64,000 bases of DNA from Methanobacteriota archaeon (GCA_018654845.1 JABIKU010000016.1:3727-67726); one strand, 5' to 3'. Shown: positions 19,969 to 30,924, numbered from the stretch's first letter. A program made the numbers and translations. Notes: generated from the letters alone by a model not told the origin.

Positions 19969-20982
19969 TTATTTTCTAATAGGATTATTCCATCTTGCAT
20001 TAGTAGGCGGCCGAGTTATCGCTAAAAATCCCAAAATTCCATTATTTTCAACCGGGTAAAGCCATGTTTTGTTTACTCCTGAAGCCAACCTAGATGTCAG
20101 ACATGCATCTCCCCAATCCATTGATTTTTCATCAGGGTCAGATATCAACCAAGGGGCGTGATCTTGGCCTATTGGTTGATCATAACATCTCCATCGAGTG
20201 CCGTATTTGAATCCGGGTCTTGGATGTAATCCTCTAGATAAAAGGTCAGATAGAATTTTTGCGCCTGATGAAAGTGGATTTTGATTTTGAATTAGTTCTA
20301 CAGAATATGAATCTAAGAATCTACCTTCATCCATTGGAATACCCAATTGTTCTACGGGCCAAGTTTTGGTGGAATTGAAAAAACGGTTTCCTTCACCAAT
20401 GTCAATACTATTTTCTGAATTCAATTTATTGAGTACTGATTGGGAAGGTGAAATTAATTGCCCTTTAGGTGATATATTAGCTAAATTGTAAGTCACAACA
20501 GCCTGTTCGTCATCAACAATTAATATTTCAGCAATCCTGTTCTTATTTTCAACTAATTTACTCCATTCTATTAATTCAACAGGGTTGAAAAGATCCGTTG
20601 AGCGGAACCAACGTATTTCAGAAACAGGATCACTATTCCTTGGGTGGCTATTTGAATCCCACCTTAATCCCCAAGTGCTTTTTGCGAATGAATGATTCAT
20701 TTGATGTAGATGATTGTGTAACACAATTCGATTACCTGGCATACGTAAGGCTTCTAAAATTGAAAACTCATCAATTAAATTGGGTTCCAAAGAGAGCATC
20801 TCCATTAGCCAATTAGATGATGGTAAATCGATGTGCCGGTATTTATGGCAAAACAACAATTCTGAAGATGTTAAATGCAGAATGCCATTTTGGTTTGGCA
20901 TTCCTAAAGCGGATTTATTCCAAAGCCTATCTGCAGCTTGGCCGCCATAACTCCAGCATCCGTCCCGGAATTCCATAGTCAC
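19969..20982 (-). CDS. endA: tRNA-splicing endonuclease, two-domain (homodimeric) type
   Basis: C-terminal PGFKYGTRWRCY...DHAPWLI...SGVNKTW resembles the EndA catalytic-domain motifs. The length (337 aa) fits the duplicated-domain archaeal form. Confidence 0.55.
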   Translation of the reverse strand: MTMEFRDGCWSYGGQAADRLWNKSALGMPNQNGILHLTSSELLFCHKYRHIDLPSSNWLMEMLSLEPNLIDEFSILEALRMPGNRIVLHNHLHQMNHSFAKSTWGLRWDSNSHPRNSDPVSEIRWFRSTDLFNPVELIEWSKLVENKNRIAEILIVDDEQAVVTYNLANISPKGQLISPSQSVLNKLNSENSIDIGEGNRFFNSTKTWPVEQLGIPMDEGRFLDSYSVELIQNQNPLSSGAKILSDLLSRGLHPRPGFKYGTRWRCYDQPIGQDHAPWLISDPDEKSMDWGDACLTSRLASGVNKTWLYPVENNGILGFLAITRPPTNARWNNPIRK

Positions 20983-22110
20983 ACTAAAGCATTCTATTTT
21001 TCATCTAGTCGGTTCCATAAATATCATTCATGGGATGCGACACGCCGTCTTTGTATGATAGACGAAGAACGACAAGAAAGAGTTAATCGGTTAAAAAACC
21101 TCAGGATTCTATTAGATTCTATGGAATCATCTAGAGTGACTTTAATCGGCGATGTAATGTTAGATAGATATCACCATGGTTACGCTAATAATTTGAATTC
21201 AACTGCCCCTGTACCAGTTTTGAAAATTACTAGTTCAGAGGAATCACCAGGTGCTGCAGCACATATTGCTCGAGGACTTCATTCACTTGGTTTATCAGTT
21301 GCATTTTATTCATGCGTTGGTGGTGACTCAGAAGGTCAGACCATAAAATCTCTACTAAATGAGGATGGAATCGATGTTTCAGGTATTGAATTAGTTCACG
21401 GAGTAAAGACTTTGACTAAAATTAGGTTTTATGGTAGTCGACAAAGTTTGCTAGATCAAGAACAGATTTTATTACAAGCTGATAGAGGTCCCCTTGATGA
21501 TTTAGATAAATCAGTTAGTTCATCATTGGTTGATTCTGCGCTAACATCTATACCGAATTCTTGTGCCTTAGTAATCTCTGATTATGATAAGGGAGTTTTG
21601 ACTGATGAGGGGGCTCAGATATTAATTAATTCAGCTAAAGAGCATAAAATTCCTTCAATTGTAGATCCTAAATTAACTGGACTAGAGCGTAGTCGTGGTG
21701 CTACGGTCGTGTTATTCGAAATTAGAGGGCTTGAATTGCTTAGGCGTCGATTAATGCTTGAAGATAGTTCCTTGACTGCTAAGCACTTAATCGACGAATA
21801 TGAGTGGGATTCTTTGGTAATATTAGGTGGCGTAAACGGCGTGACATTATACCAATCCAATGGGGATGTAGAACATCACGAATGTAATGCTCAAACTCCA
21901 ATTCAGCAAATCGGTTTACACGATGCTGCTGCAACTGCGCTCGCAGCATCTTTGGGTCATCAAAATTCTATGTCTGATGCAGTGGCTTTAGTTTCTGCAG
22001 CGTGCGACTGTGTCTTATCCGCTGAAGCCAGTCACGAATTTGTAGATAGGAAGGAACTAAGTCTCTGGCTTGATGATTTATCTTGGCAATTACAAATTTC
22101 TGATAGATGA
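20938..22110 (+). CDS. PfkB-family carbohydrate kinase (HldE/RfaE domain I-like)
   Basis: VTLIGDVMLDRYHHG motif. Probable real start at the internal M near nt 21058, which removes the overlap with endA. Confidence 0.55.
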   Translation: MAAITPASVPEFHSHTKAFYFSSSRFHKYHSWDATRRLCMIDEERQERVNRLKNLRILLDSMESSRVTLIGDVMLDRYHHGYANNLNSTAPVPVLKITSSEESPGAAAHIARGLHSLGLSVAFYSCVGGDSEGQTIKSLLNEDGIDVSGIELVHGVKTLTKIRFYGSRQSLLDQEQILLQADRGPLDDLDKSVSSSLVDSALTSIPNSCALVISDYDKGVLTDEGAQILINSAKEHKIPSIVDPKLTGLERSRGATVVLFEIRGLELLRRRLMLEDSSLTAKHLIDEYEWDSLVILGGVNGVTLYQSNGDVEHHECNAQTPIQQIGLHDAAATALAASLGHQNSMSDAVALVSAACDCVLSAEASHEFVDRKELSLWLDDLSWQLQISDR

Positions 22111-23618
22111 GCATTATTCAGGAAACGATTGGGTTCAATAATCCGAAGTCTTTCGATTATCGTATGCAGAGCAAGGTGATATTGACTTCAGTGTTGATAT
22201 TTTCAGTAACTTTGTTAGGTATTTCAACTGCATATGCACAAGATTCAGTTTCTTTTGACACATTTTCGATTGGGATTGAGACTGAGAATGGATATATTGC
22301 CGATGGAGAATTTGAATTCTCAGGAACCGTATCTCCAATCACATCTGACTCAATTTTTCAAATTACTTGGTCAATTTATAGATCTGATGGTTTGATTGTT
22401 GATGGAGGTGATATTAATTCAAATTCAGGAGCCAATTATGAATTAGGAACATATTTATGGAATGTTCAATTAAATTCATCTCATTATTCATCGTGCGCAT
22501 GTTATTTTTCAATTACTGTCTCGGATGACAACAATTACGAAACTTCCTTATCAATTGTATTTTTTGTTGCAAATGAAGAAAACTCACAAATAGGCCTTAC
22601 TCTCGAATCCCCCTCATATTCTGATTGGGTTAGTAATGAAATTCTCATTGAAGGCTGGGTTGGTAGTCTTTATCAAAATCAAGAAAAATTGTATGGGAAA
22701 TTAAATAGAATAAATAATATTGGCCGTTCTTGTTTAGAATTTGATAATACAGTAGATTTTGAAATTATTCCTGATGAGTCAAGTGGTGCATTTTCAGATA
22801 TTATTGATATTTCTTCCAAACTTGAAGGATGGCATGATCTAATATTATTCGTTTCCGATGAAGTTGAGGGTGAGTTCGAAATTATATCGTGTATTCCAGT
22901 CAAAATGAATAATTTAGTGCCGTTTGGCTCTATAATTTCCGTATCCAATATTGTAGAATCCAATGATATTGAATTAATCACATCAGATTTTATTGAACCT
23001 TATTGGAGTGATGTTGATCTATATTATATATGGTCAGTAACCGATTCATATGGTAATCTTGAATTGATTGAAGGTTTAAAAATTGATTCTATATCAATCG
23101 ATTTGTCTCAATCTGGAATTTTCCAATTAAACCTCTTAGTTATTGATGCTGGCGGTCAATCGGTTTCTGTTCAACAAACAATTGTTATTGAAAATATTCC
23201 ACCGATTGCGAATCTGACAATTGATTCTGAACCAATTATTGATGGTATGGAAATTAAATTAACAGATTCTGAGGAATGGCACTTAGCAGCGAATGAATAT
23301 GATACAAGTAATGACATTTCTAAATTACGATGTAGCTGGTCAATAAATGATGTACCTGTCTTTGAGGGTTGTGAACGTATTTTGACTTGGCCCGATTCAT
23401 CAAATGACCATTTATTCTTGAGATTAGATGTTATGGACGATGATGGTGAGTTTGATTCAATTAATGTGAAATTAATTAATCCAAATGCTTCAAAACAATT
23501 CCCATACCATATTGTTGTATTGATTATTTCAAGTGCCTTTTTCATTTTCTCATTATTCCATAGGTCTAAATCAAATAGAAATAATCAATCCATCCCAAAA
23601 TGGAATGTTAAAAAATAA
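22107..23618 (+). CDS. Hypothetical cell-surface protein (signal peptide, repeat-like beta-rich domains, C-terminal TM anchor)
   Basis: 503 aa. Signal sequence, PKD/Ig-like sequence texture, and a C-terminal hydrophobic segment followed by a basic tail. Confidence 0.4.
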   Translation: MSIIQETIGFNNPKSFDYRMQSKVILTSVLIFSVTLLGISTAYAQDSVSFDTFSIGIETENGYIADGEFEFSGTVSPITSDSIFQITWSIYRSDGLIVDGGDINSNSGANYELGTYLWNVQLNSSHYSSCACYFSITVSDDNNYETSLSIVFFVANEENSQIGLTLESPSYSDWVSNEILIEGWVGSLYQNQEKLYGKLNRINNIGRSCLEFDNTVDFEIIPDESSGAFSDIIDISSKLEGWHDLILFVSDEVEGEFEIISCIPVKMNNLVPFGSIISVSNIVESNDIELITSDFIEPYWSDVDLYYIWSVTDSYGNLELIEGLKIDSISIDLSQSGIFQLNLLVIDAGGQSVSVQQTIVIENIPPIANLTIDSEPIIDGMEIKLTDSEEWHLAANEYDTSNDISKLRCSWSINDVPVFEGCERILTWPDSSNDHLFLRLDVMDDDGEFDSINVKLINPNASKQFPYHIVVLIISSAFFIFSLFHRSKSNRNNQSIPKWNVKK

Positions 23619-23679
23619 TTTATCGTATCATACTAATGCACAGTAATATAAGTCCAATCATTTTCGGAAGATTGGTGAC

Positions 23680-25023
23680 TTGATGGCGAAATTAGCATTT
23701 CCAATCTTGGAGTATATTGAGAGACAAAGAAATTTTTATTCAAAACTCCCAAAAGATACGTTGTTAATAATCCCTGCAAATCCATCGGCAGTAAGATCTA
23801 ATGATGTACATTATCCATACCGGGCGAATTCTTACCAAATGTATCTTTCTGGGTGGAACTCCCAAGGAGCGGTATTAACAGCTCAATACATTGACGAAAA
23901 ATGGATAACTTCTCTTTTTGTTCAATCCAGAGATGTTACTATGGAGATTTGGGAGGGTAGACGTATTGGTACTGAAAGAGCAAAATCTGAATGGCCAATT
24001 GATGAATCCTATTCTCTTAACGATTTGATTCCAAAATTAGAAGAATTTCTCAAGGATTGTAAACAAGTACATATTATCCAAAATTTATCTATCGAAGTTG
24101 ATACATTAATACATCGAGTTTTGACTACAAAATCCCGGGCCAGAAATGTTAGTGGAACTGGGCCGATATCCATTACTGACCCTTCATCTATTTTGGATGA
24201 AATGAGGGTTATTAAATCAGATTTAGAGATAGATTTGATGAAACAATCAGCCGAATTAGCATCTGATGCGCATATTTTAGCTATGCAAGCATCATATAGC
24301 GGTATTAATGAATTTGAATTACAGGCAGTTATTGAAGGATATTTTGTATCTAATGGGAGTCAATGGAGCTATCCTTCGATTGTTGGTGGTGGTGATAATG
24401 GCACAATTTTACATTATTCAAAAAATAATTGCCCTATTGAAGACGGAGAATTAGTTTTAGTCGATGCTGGATGTGAAATTGAGGGTTATGCTTCGGATAT
24501 TACTAGAACATGGCCAGTTAATGGTAAATTTAGTGAAGCCCAAAAGGAAATTTATCAACTTGTATTGAGGGCAGAACTTGCAGCGATAGATGCCTGTGTC
24601 ATTGGTGCTGCTTGGAATTCTTCCCACGTTGTGGCATCGAAGATTATTGCTCAAGGATTAATTGATTTAGGAATTTTAGAATGTGATTTACAAGAGGCTT
24701 TGGGGGATAATCTCGATGGAGAATATCGTAAGTTTTTCATGCATGGGACTAGCCACTTTCTTGGTCTAGACGTTCATGATGTAGGTATAACAAAACCAGA
24801 TCCAGAAAGTGCAGGGAGATCTCTTGAGGCCGGAATGGTTTTGACAATTGAACCTGGATTATACTTTGGTTCATGGCGAAGTGATGTTAAATTCCCACAA
24901 AAATATTCAAAAATTGCTGTTCGAATAGAAGATGATATTTTGATTACAAAAAAGGGCCCTGTTGTTTTAACCAAAAATTGCCCAAAAACTCTCAAAGAAA
25001 TTGAAAAACTTGTTGGTAATTAA
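23680..25023 (+). CDS. pepP: Xaa-Pro aminopeptidase (M24B family)
   Basis: 447 aa. HGTSHFLGLDVHD and other M24 metal-ligand motifs (DAGCE, EPG). Confidence 0.8.
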   Translation: MMAKLAFPILEYIERQRNFYSKLPKDTLLIIPANPSAVRSNDVHYPYRANSYQMYLSGWNSQGAVLTAQYIDEKWITSLFVQSRDVTMEIWEGRRIGTERAKSEWPIDESYSLNDLIPKLEEFLKDCKQVHIIQNLSIEVDTLIHRVLTTKSRARNVSGTGPISITDPSSILDEMRVIKSDLEIDLMKQSAELASDAHILAMQASYSGINEFELQAVIEGYFVSNGSQWSYPSIVGGGDNGTILHYSKNNCPIEDGELVLVDAGCEIEGYASDITRTWPVNGKFSEAQKEIYQLVLRAELAAIDACVIGAAWNSSHVVASKIIAQGLIDLGILECDLQEALGDNLDGEYRKFFMHGTSHFLGLDVHDVGITKPDPESAGRSLEAGMVLTIEPGLYFGSWRSDVKFPQKYSKIAVRIEDDILITKKGPVVLTKNCPKTLKEIEKLVGN

Positions 25024-25035
25024 GGCGGTATATTT

Positions 25036-26202
25036 TTGTCTAGTGTGGCTGAAATTTTAGAGAAAAAACTCTTTGATTTTCGATATCGATTAAGTGTTGA
25101 TGAGGCTACGTTATTATACGATAAATGTGATTTGAACGATTTAATGTATGCCTCATTAGAAGTTAGGAAATCAATCAACCCAGGGAATAAAATTACATAT
25201 TTGGTTGATAGAAATATCAATTACACTAATGCTTGTACAATAAATTGCCAATTTTGTTCTTTCTATAGGCCGCCAAGACATAAAGAGGTCTATACTCAGT
25301 CCTATGAAGAAATATCAACTAGAATCTCTGAATTAGAAAAAATTGGTGGCACGAGAATATTGATGCAAGGAGGAGTTAATCCCGAACTTTCATTAGATTG
25401 GTATTTAGAACTGATAAAATATCTAAGAGACAACCATCCAAGTATTGCTTTAGATTGTTTTTCCCCGATTGAAATTGAAGGAATTGCAGAAGTTTGTGAT
25501 TTGTCTACGTTGAAAGTTCTGAAGAAATTAGCAAAAGCAGGAATGCATGGCTTACCGGGTGGGGGCGCTGAAATATTAGTTGATACAATTCGAAATGATA
25601 TTTCTCCAAAGAAAGGATCCGCTAGCAATTGGTTGAAAGTAATGGGTGAAGCTCAAGAGATTGGGTTGACCACATCTGCAACAAATGTTTTTGGATTTGG
25701 AGAAACAAATTTGGACCGTGTGATGCATATGGAACAAATACGAATTTTGCAGGATAATGCTATACAAAATGGAAAAATAGGATTTACATCATTTATTGCT
25801 TGGCCAGTCCAGTTGGAAAATAATAGTTTTGGACGAAGAAATCGTGGCCAAAACCGCATCGAATTAGGTGCTACGGCACAGGAGTATTTGCGTCATATTG
25901 CGATTTCTCGTTTATTTTTCGATAATATAGATCATATTCAAGCATCATGGCCTACGATGGGTTTGGGAGTTGCACAGATGGCTATGTTAGCAGGAGCAGA
26001 CGATGCAGGTTCAACAATGATGGAAGAGAATGTTGTATCGGCATCTGGTACCAAGAAAACCGAAGCATTAGAAACGGAAATTCAAAACTCAATTATCCGT
26101 GCAGGATTTTTACCTCAGAAAAGAGATTCTGATTACAAGTATTTATCGACAAATGTTGTGACTACTGTGAATTCATATTCTCCAATTCCCCAACAATTTT
26201 AA
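25036..26202 (+). CDS. mqnE: Radical SAM enzyme of the futalosine menaquinone pathway (MqnC/MqnE family)
   Basis: CTINCQFCSF (Cx3Cx2C), YLVDRNINYTNAC, LPGGGAEILVD, IQASW and MMEENVV motifs typical of MqnC/MqnE/CofH-like enzymes. Confidence 0.6.
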   Translation: MSSVAEILEKKLFDFRYRLSVDEATLLYDKCDLNDLMYASLEVRKSINPGNKITYLVDRNINYTNACTINCQFCSFYRPPRHKEVYTQSYEEISTRISELEKIGGTRILMQGGVNPELSLDWYLELIKYLRDNHPSIALDCFSPIEIEGIAEVCDLSTLKVLKKLAKAGMHGLPGGGAEILVDTIRNDISPKKGSASNWLKVMGEAQEIGLTTSATNVFGFGETNLDRVMHMEQIRILQDNAIQNGKIGFTSFIAWPVQLENNSFGRRNRGQNRIELGATAQEYLRHIAISRLFFDNIDHIQASWPTMGLGVAQMAMLAGADDAGSTMMEENVVSASGTKKTEALETEIQNSIIRAGFLPQKRDSDYKYLSTNVVTTVNSYSPIPQQF

Positions 26203-27284
26203 TCATCAGATAATTCAATTCTTCCACTTTTGACTGGAAGGTTCTCAATATGTATTTTATGATGGGTATGTGCAACTTTGATCGGAGAAACCCATTTCAT
26301 TTTCACTCCATCATTCCTTATTCCTTCTAGAATAATTTCCCAATGAATTGCTATTAAAGAAGAATATATCGAACCAGGCCAAATTTCCTTCAGGCTAGGG
26401 AGCTCAATATTTTGAGGATTATAATCCACCCATTCCCCTGATGCCATAACTCTCATAGGTTCCAACATCAATACTCTACGGTTTGATAATATCATGGGTG
26501 TTGTCTCACCAACACCTGTCCCGTGTTCTTCAGAAGTCGTAATACGTCTAGCAGGTAATTCAGTTGACATTCCAGGTGCAGTTTGTTCATTTTCAGTTTT
26601 TTTCAGCGCTTCCAGAACGCTGCGTCGTTCAGGTACCGGCATCCCAACTTGTAATTTGGCTCTATTGATTTTTATATTCTCATCAATTTCAAAATTCAAA
26701 AGAGTGACGGCCTTTTCATCAATACGTATCTCAAATTGTGGGGATTCAAGGGGGTTTAAATAATATTTTTTTTGCCTTGAAAAATCTCTTAAGTTTGCAA
26801 TTATTCTAAGTACTATCGGCGATATAAAGATTGGAAACCCAATTAGTAAAAATGCAGGGTAATTTAGCGGCCCAATTCTAAATGAACTCCAAATAATTTC
26901 TATGAATCCTTCAAGGTATTCAAAATTCTCTAAAGATGGTACTAATGCTCTTAATAAGAATGAAATAATTAGGATGAGAACTGCAGGAGTAATCATTTTT
27001 CTAGCTTGCTTGTGTAATGGATCGGGGTCAATATACCATCCGTTTCTAGTGCGAAGAAGGAATGGAGGGGTTTCGAAAGATATCTTTGAAAATATTGAAT
27101 CAAAGTTATCATCATCTGTCATTTTCCTCCATTCAACAATCCAACTTTCTTCATTGCCAATTTTAAATGACGGCGGAGGGGATGTTTCAGATTCAAGGAT
27201 AATTTCAATCAATTCAATTTCATTGGGATTAATGTGTTTGTGTTCGAATGGAGGATACCTGATTCTTTGAATTGATTTATACAT
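26199..27284 (-). CDS. Hypothetical membrane protein (two central TM helices)
   Basis: 361 aa. Its start abuts the stop of the upstream GGR homologue, suggesting co-transcription. Confidence 0.35.
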   Translation of the reverse strand: MYKSIQRIRYPPFEHKHINPNEIELIEIILESETSPPPSFKIGNEESWIVEWRKMTDDDNFDSIFSKISFETPPFLLRTRNGWYIDPDPLHKQARKMITPAVLILIISFLLRALVPSLENFEYLEGFIEIIWSSFRIGPLNYPAFLLIGFPIFISPIVLRIIANLRDFSRQKKYYLNPLESPQFEIRIDEKAVTLLNFEIDENIKINRAKLQVGMPVPERRSVLEALKKTENEQTAPGMSTELPARRITTSEEHGTGVGETTPMILSNRRVLMLEPMRVMASGEWVDYNPQNIELPSLKEIWPGSIYSSLIAIHWEIILEGIRNDGVKMKWVSPIKVAHTHHKIHIENLPVKSGRIELSDD

Positions 27285-28496
27285 TCAATTACCCCAAAAA
27301 ATAGCTTTCATTGCTTTACCAGCAACTTTTCTAAAATCAGGTATTTCGCGAATCATTTTCAAACCTAGTGGTATTGGATTTTCAATTTCTCCAACTTCAT
27401 TAATTAATTCAATAACCTCTGGTTTCGACCAAATTAAAAAATTCTCATCTAATTCTTCATCAGATGAATTAGTCAGAAAAGCATCACGCAATGCCCTTGC
27501 TCGTCGTTGTTCCTTCCTTAGTGAGTCAAATTTTTCATTTATCAATTTTAAATTTATAGCATCGGTTTCATTTTTGTGTATTAATTCACATAATTGATCA
27601 ATTATCAATTCAATTTGTTTGAAACCGGGGCCGATTCCTCCGCCGGTTGTTGGTTTGCATAATCCTGCCGCATCACCAAATAAAACGACTCTATCAGATG
27701 TTACGTTTTTCAGCATTCCAGCTGGTATTGGACCAACAAACCTTCCAACTTCATTGCAATTATTAAATTTCTCAGTCCACTTTTCTGAATTCATTAATGA
27801 ATTCAGATAATATTCACAAGATTCCCCATTCAGCAATTCCCCTTTGGACCACATCCCAATTCTAGATGTTTCTCCTGATGGAATAACCCAAGCAAAAAAC
27901 CCAGGTGATATTTCAGAACCAGTAAACACATCCAGAACTCCTTCTTTACCATTATACCCTGTAACTTCAATTTGAAATCCAACCATCAATTCCCTTGGTC
28001 TCCCCATTTTGAAATATCGCCTAACCCAAGAATGAGCCCCATCAGCACCACAGATTAGTTTAGTTTTCACAGTTTTTAATTTCCCCTTAACAATATATTC
28101 TAACTCAACAAAATCTCCTCTATTAATTGCCTTTGTTGGCTTACTTTCAAGAGAAATATGGCAACCACTGTTCAGAGCCCTTTCAACAATTGCTTCATCA
28201 AATAATTTTCTACAAACTGACCATGTTCGAACTTGGTTAGGGTTTCCGATTTCGACTGAAATTCCAGATGGACTGTATAATCGAGCACCCCAGATAGAAG
28301 ATAATACAGTATTATGCAAATTGACAGAATCCATTGCTTGAGGGCTAACTAAACCCGCACATTGAAATGGCCTACCAATTTGACTATGTTCTTCAAGCAT
28401 TAATACACTTATTTTTCTCTCTGCCATCTTGCGAGCAAGATAACCACCTATGGGGCCAGCACCAACAATAATTACATCATAGTCGATGTTAGCCAC
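27285..28496 (-). CDS. Geranylgeranyl reductase family flavoprotein (lipid or prenylquinone side-chain reductase)
   Basis: 403 aa. N-terminal FAD-binding motif YDVIIVGAGPIGG, with GGR family pattern throughout. Confidence 0.75.
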   Translation of the reverse strand: MANIDYDVIIVGAGPIGGYLARKMAERKISVLMLEEHSQIGRPFQCAGLVSPQAMDSVNLHNTVLSSIWGARLYSPSGISVEIGNPNQVRTWSVCRKLFDEAIVERALNSGCHISLESKPTKAINRGDFVELEYIVKGKLKTVKTKLICGADGAHSWVRRYFKMGRPRELMVGFQIEVTGYNGKEGVLDVFTGSEISPGFFAWVIPSGETSRIGMWSKGELLNGESCEYYLNSLMNSEKWTEKFNNCNEVGRFVGPIPAGMLKNVTSDRVVLFGDAAGLCKPTTGGGIGPGFKQIELIIDQLCELIHKNETDAINLKLINEKFDSLRKEQRRARALRDAFLTNSSDEELDENFLIWSKPEVIELINEVGEIENPIPLGLKMIREIPDFRKVAGKAMKAIFWGN

Positions 28497-28553
28497 ATCA
28501 CAGTTCAGAAGGCATTCCTTATTGGATTCTTCTAATTCCGAAAAGTCTAAGTT

Positions 28554-30824
28554 TCATTTCTTAGACGTTCTTTTTTTTCTTTTCTTCATAGATTTATTGA
28601 TAATTAGACTTGCATCACTCTTTGTCATTTCTGAGATTTCTACAATATCTGCTATTGCTAATAAATCACTTAATGGAGTTTCTGATTGTTCTGCTAATTT
28701 TCTTACTAATTTCACTTGAGGTTCAGTTGCAGGGAGTAAATTGCTTCTATTAATTAATTCAGAAATTATAGTGCTCGCAGAACCATTTTTCCCCCCTGTC
28801 AATTTATCCACATCATCAATTTCAGCTATTTTGACAATTTCTGAAATGTTCAAAGATAATTGATCTGCAAGTTTGTAAATTAAATTCATTTGTTTTTCAC
28901 TAGCAGGCATTTCACCCCACTTTGCCCCTTCTTCATTTAATTTTTCAAGAATTTCTCGCATATCATCTCCTGATAATTGATTAATATTATTTCCATTTAG
29001 CAATTCATGTTTCTGCTCGGAATTCATATTTCTAACACGGTTTTCAAGATATTCAAATTGTCTTTTAGTTGGTTTTTTTCTTTTTTCTTCAAGAGCAACA
29101 TTATGCATATCACGAAATTCTTCAACGAATGTATGCCAAACATCTGGACCGGTTTGATATTGTCTTTCTATTTCATCTAAATCCAATTCCATCTTTGCTG
29201 TAAAATCAGAATTAAATAAACCCTTTTTATCATTTTGATTATTATAAAATGGAACTATTTCAAGCCAAAGTAATCGTCCATCATCTGTAGGAATTAATGA
29301 GCTATTTTCAGTTGTAACGTATTTCCTAGAATTTAGACGATTTATTGTTGTTACATAAGTTGATGGCCGACCAATTCCCGCCTTTTTCATTTCTTGAACA
29401 ATTGAACTTTCAGTAAATCTACGAGGAGGTTTCGTTTCATCACTAGTTAATGTTGGATTTTCATCATCATTTGTAAAAGTCCATTTCTCTCCTTGTGCCA
29501 AGGCAAATTTAGGTGGTTGAGTAATAACATTATTTTGAAACTTGGAAAAAACCGCTTCCCAACCTGGATGTATTCTCCAGGATGCGGTACCATAATATGA
29601 ATTAGAGAATCCTTCAGATGTTGCAACAAGATCTCTTCTTTCTCGTATCGAATCTGACATCTGGCTAGCAGCGAATCTAGACCAAATTAATGAATATAAT
29701 AAGGCTTCATCTTTTTCGACACCCTCAATTTGTATCTTTTCGGGTCGAGTGGGCCGGATTGCTTCGTGAGCATCTTGAACATTGGCAGCACCTTTTTTTG
29801 CATCAGCCCCCACCACTCCTTCACCTAGGTGGTTTTGTCCATATTCACTTTGTAAGAAAGTACGAATAGTATTCCTTGCGTCTATATTTGTTCGAGTTGA
29901 ATCTGTACGGATGTAAGTAATGTGGCCCGATTGATACAATTTCCCAGCTAGTTGGCTAGTTTTTGATACTGACCATCCCAGCGATGAATTTGCAGATTGC
30001 AATAGTGTGTCTGTGGTGAAAGGAGGTTTGGGTTTTCTGCGAGTCTGCCCTTCTTTTATTGAAGTAAGAATTAATTCTCCACTTGATTGAAGTGCGGTAA
30101 ATGCATTATTTGCAAGGTCTAAGTCAAAAGTTCTGTCAGGGTGATGTTTTCCTTTTCCATCAACCCAAGCCTCTTGTTCATTTTTTTCGTGGAATCGTGC
30201 TTTAAATTTAACATTCTCGACATTTACTGATACGCTATGGTAACTAATTGGGATGTGTGCTTCTCGTTCTAATTCTTTGTCTACTATGAATCCCAATGTG
30301 GGTGTTTGAACTCTACCCATTGAAGCTAATTTCCACGATCTAGCAAACTTAGAGCAGCGATAGCCTACCAATCTATCCATAAATCGGCGTACTTTTGCAG
30401 CATCTACTAACGATTCATTAATCACATCAGAATTTTCAATTGCTTCATTAATTGATTTTTCAGTAATCTCGTTGAAGGTCACTCGTTTTAGAGTTTCAAA
30501 TTCTGAAAAAATAATGCTCAAACGCCATGCAATAAACTCACCTTCCCTATCAGGGTCAGTTGCGATATAGATTTCATTAACTTTTGAGGTTCTTGCTTTC
30601 TTCAAAACGGTAGTCATTTTCTTTTCTGCTCTAGAAGTCCAACTCCACGGCGGTTCAGGAAGTTGATCTGATTTCGATGCCCACATCGCTTTAGAGCTAT
30701 CTTTATTTCCTTTAGATGGTAAATCTTGAACATGACCATTACATGCTTCTACCAACCAACCTTTTCCAAGATATTTCTTGACAGTTTTTGCTTTCGCACC
30801 GGACTCGAGAATCATTAATTTCAA
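28554..30824 (-). CDS. topA: DNA topoisomerase, type IA
   Basis: N-terminal Toprim LESGAKAKTVKKYLG...GHVQDLP and active-site GHITYIRTDSTR. Two C-terminal repeats of roughly 45 aa. The listed start is a TTG; the ATG start is probably at nt 30815. Confidence 0.85.
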   Translation of the reverse strand: MKLMILESGAKAKTVKKYLGKGWLVEACNGHVQDLPSKGNKDSSKAMWASKSDQLPEPPWSWTSRAEKKMTTVLKKARTSKVNEIYIATDPDREGEFIAWRLSIIFSEFETLKRVTFNEITEKSINEAIENSDVINESLVDAAKVRRFMDRLVGYRCSKFARSWKLASMGRVQTPTLGFIVDKELEREAHIPISYHSVSVNVENVKFKARFHEKNEQEAWVDGKGKHHPDRTFDLDLANNAFTALQSSGELILTSIKEGQTRRKPKPPFTTDTLLQSANSSLGWSVSKTSQLAGKLYQSGHITYIRTDSTRTNIDARNTIRTFLQSEYGQNHLGEGVVGADAKKGAANVQDAHEAIRPTRPEKIQIEGVEKDEALLYSLIWSRFAASQMSDSIRERRDLVATSEGFSNSYYGTASWRIHPGWEAVFSKFQNNVITQPPKFALAQGEKWTFTNDDENPTLTSDETKPPRRFTESSIVQEMKKAGIGRPSTYVTTINRLNSRKYVTTENSSLIPTDDGRLLWLEIVPFYNNQNDKKGLFNSDFTAKMELDLDEIERQYQTGPDVWHTFVEEFRDMHNVALEEKRKKPTKRQFEYLENRVRNMNSEQKHELLNGNNINQLSGDDMREILEKLNEEGAKWGEMPASEKQMNLIYKLADQLSLNISEIVKIAEIDDVDKLTGGKNGSASTIISELINRSNLLPATEPQVKLVRKLAEQSETPLSDLLAIADIVEISEMTKSDASLIINKSMKKRKKRTSKK

Positions 30825-30924
30825 ATTTCTTCACTCTCGCTAACAATAGTTCGGAGATTCCGAACCATAATTTCTCATCGCACAATGGGCCGTGTATAAA
30901 CTTGAGCAAACCAGAATTCACCCA

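Noticed and set aside
30822-30824. topA start as listed in the ORF track
   Set aside because: The codon at 30822-30824 is TTG. An in-frame ATG (MILESGAKAKT, nt 30815) matches the canonical topoisomerase IA N-terminus better, so the listed start is probably three codons too long.
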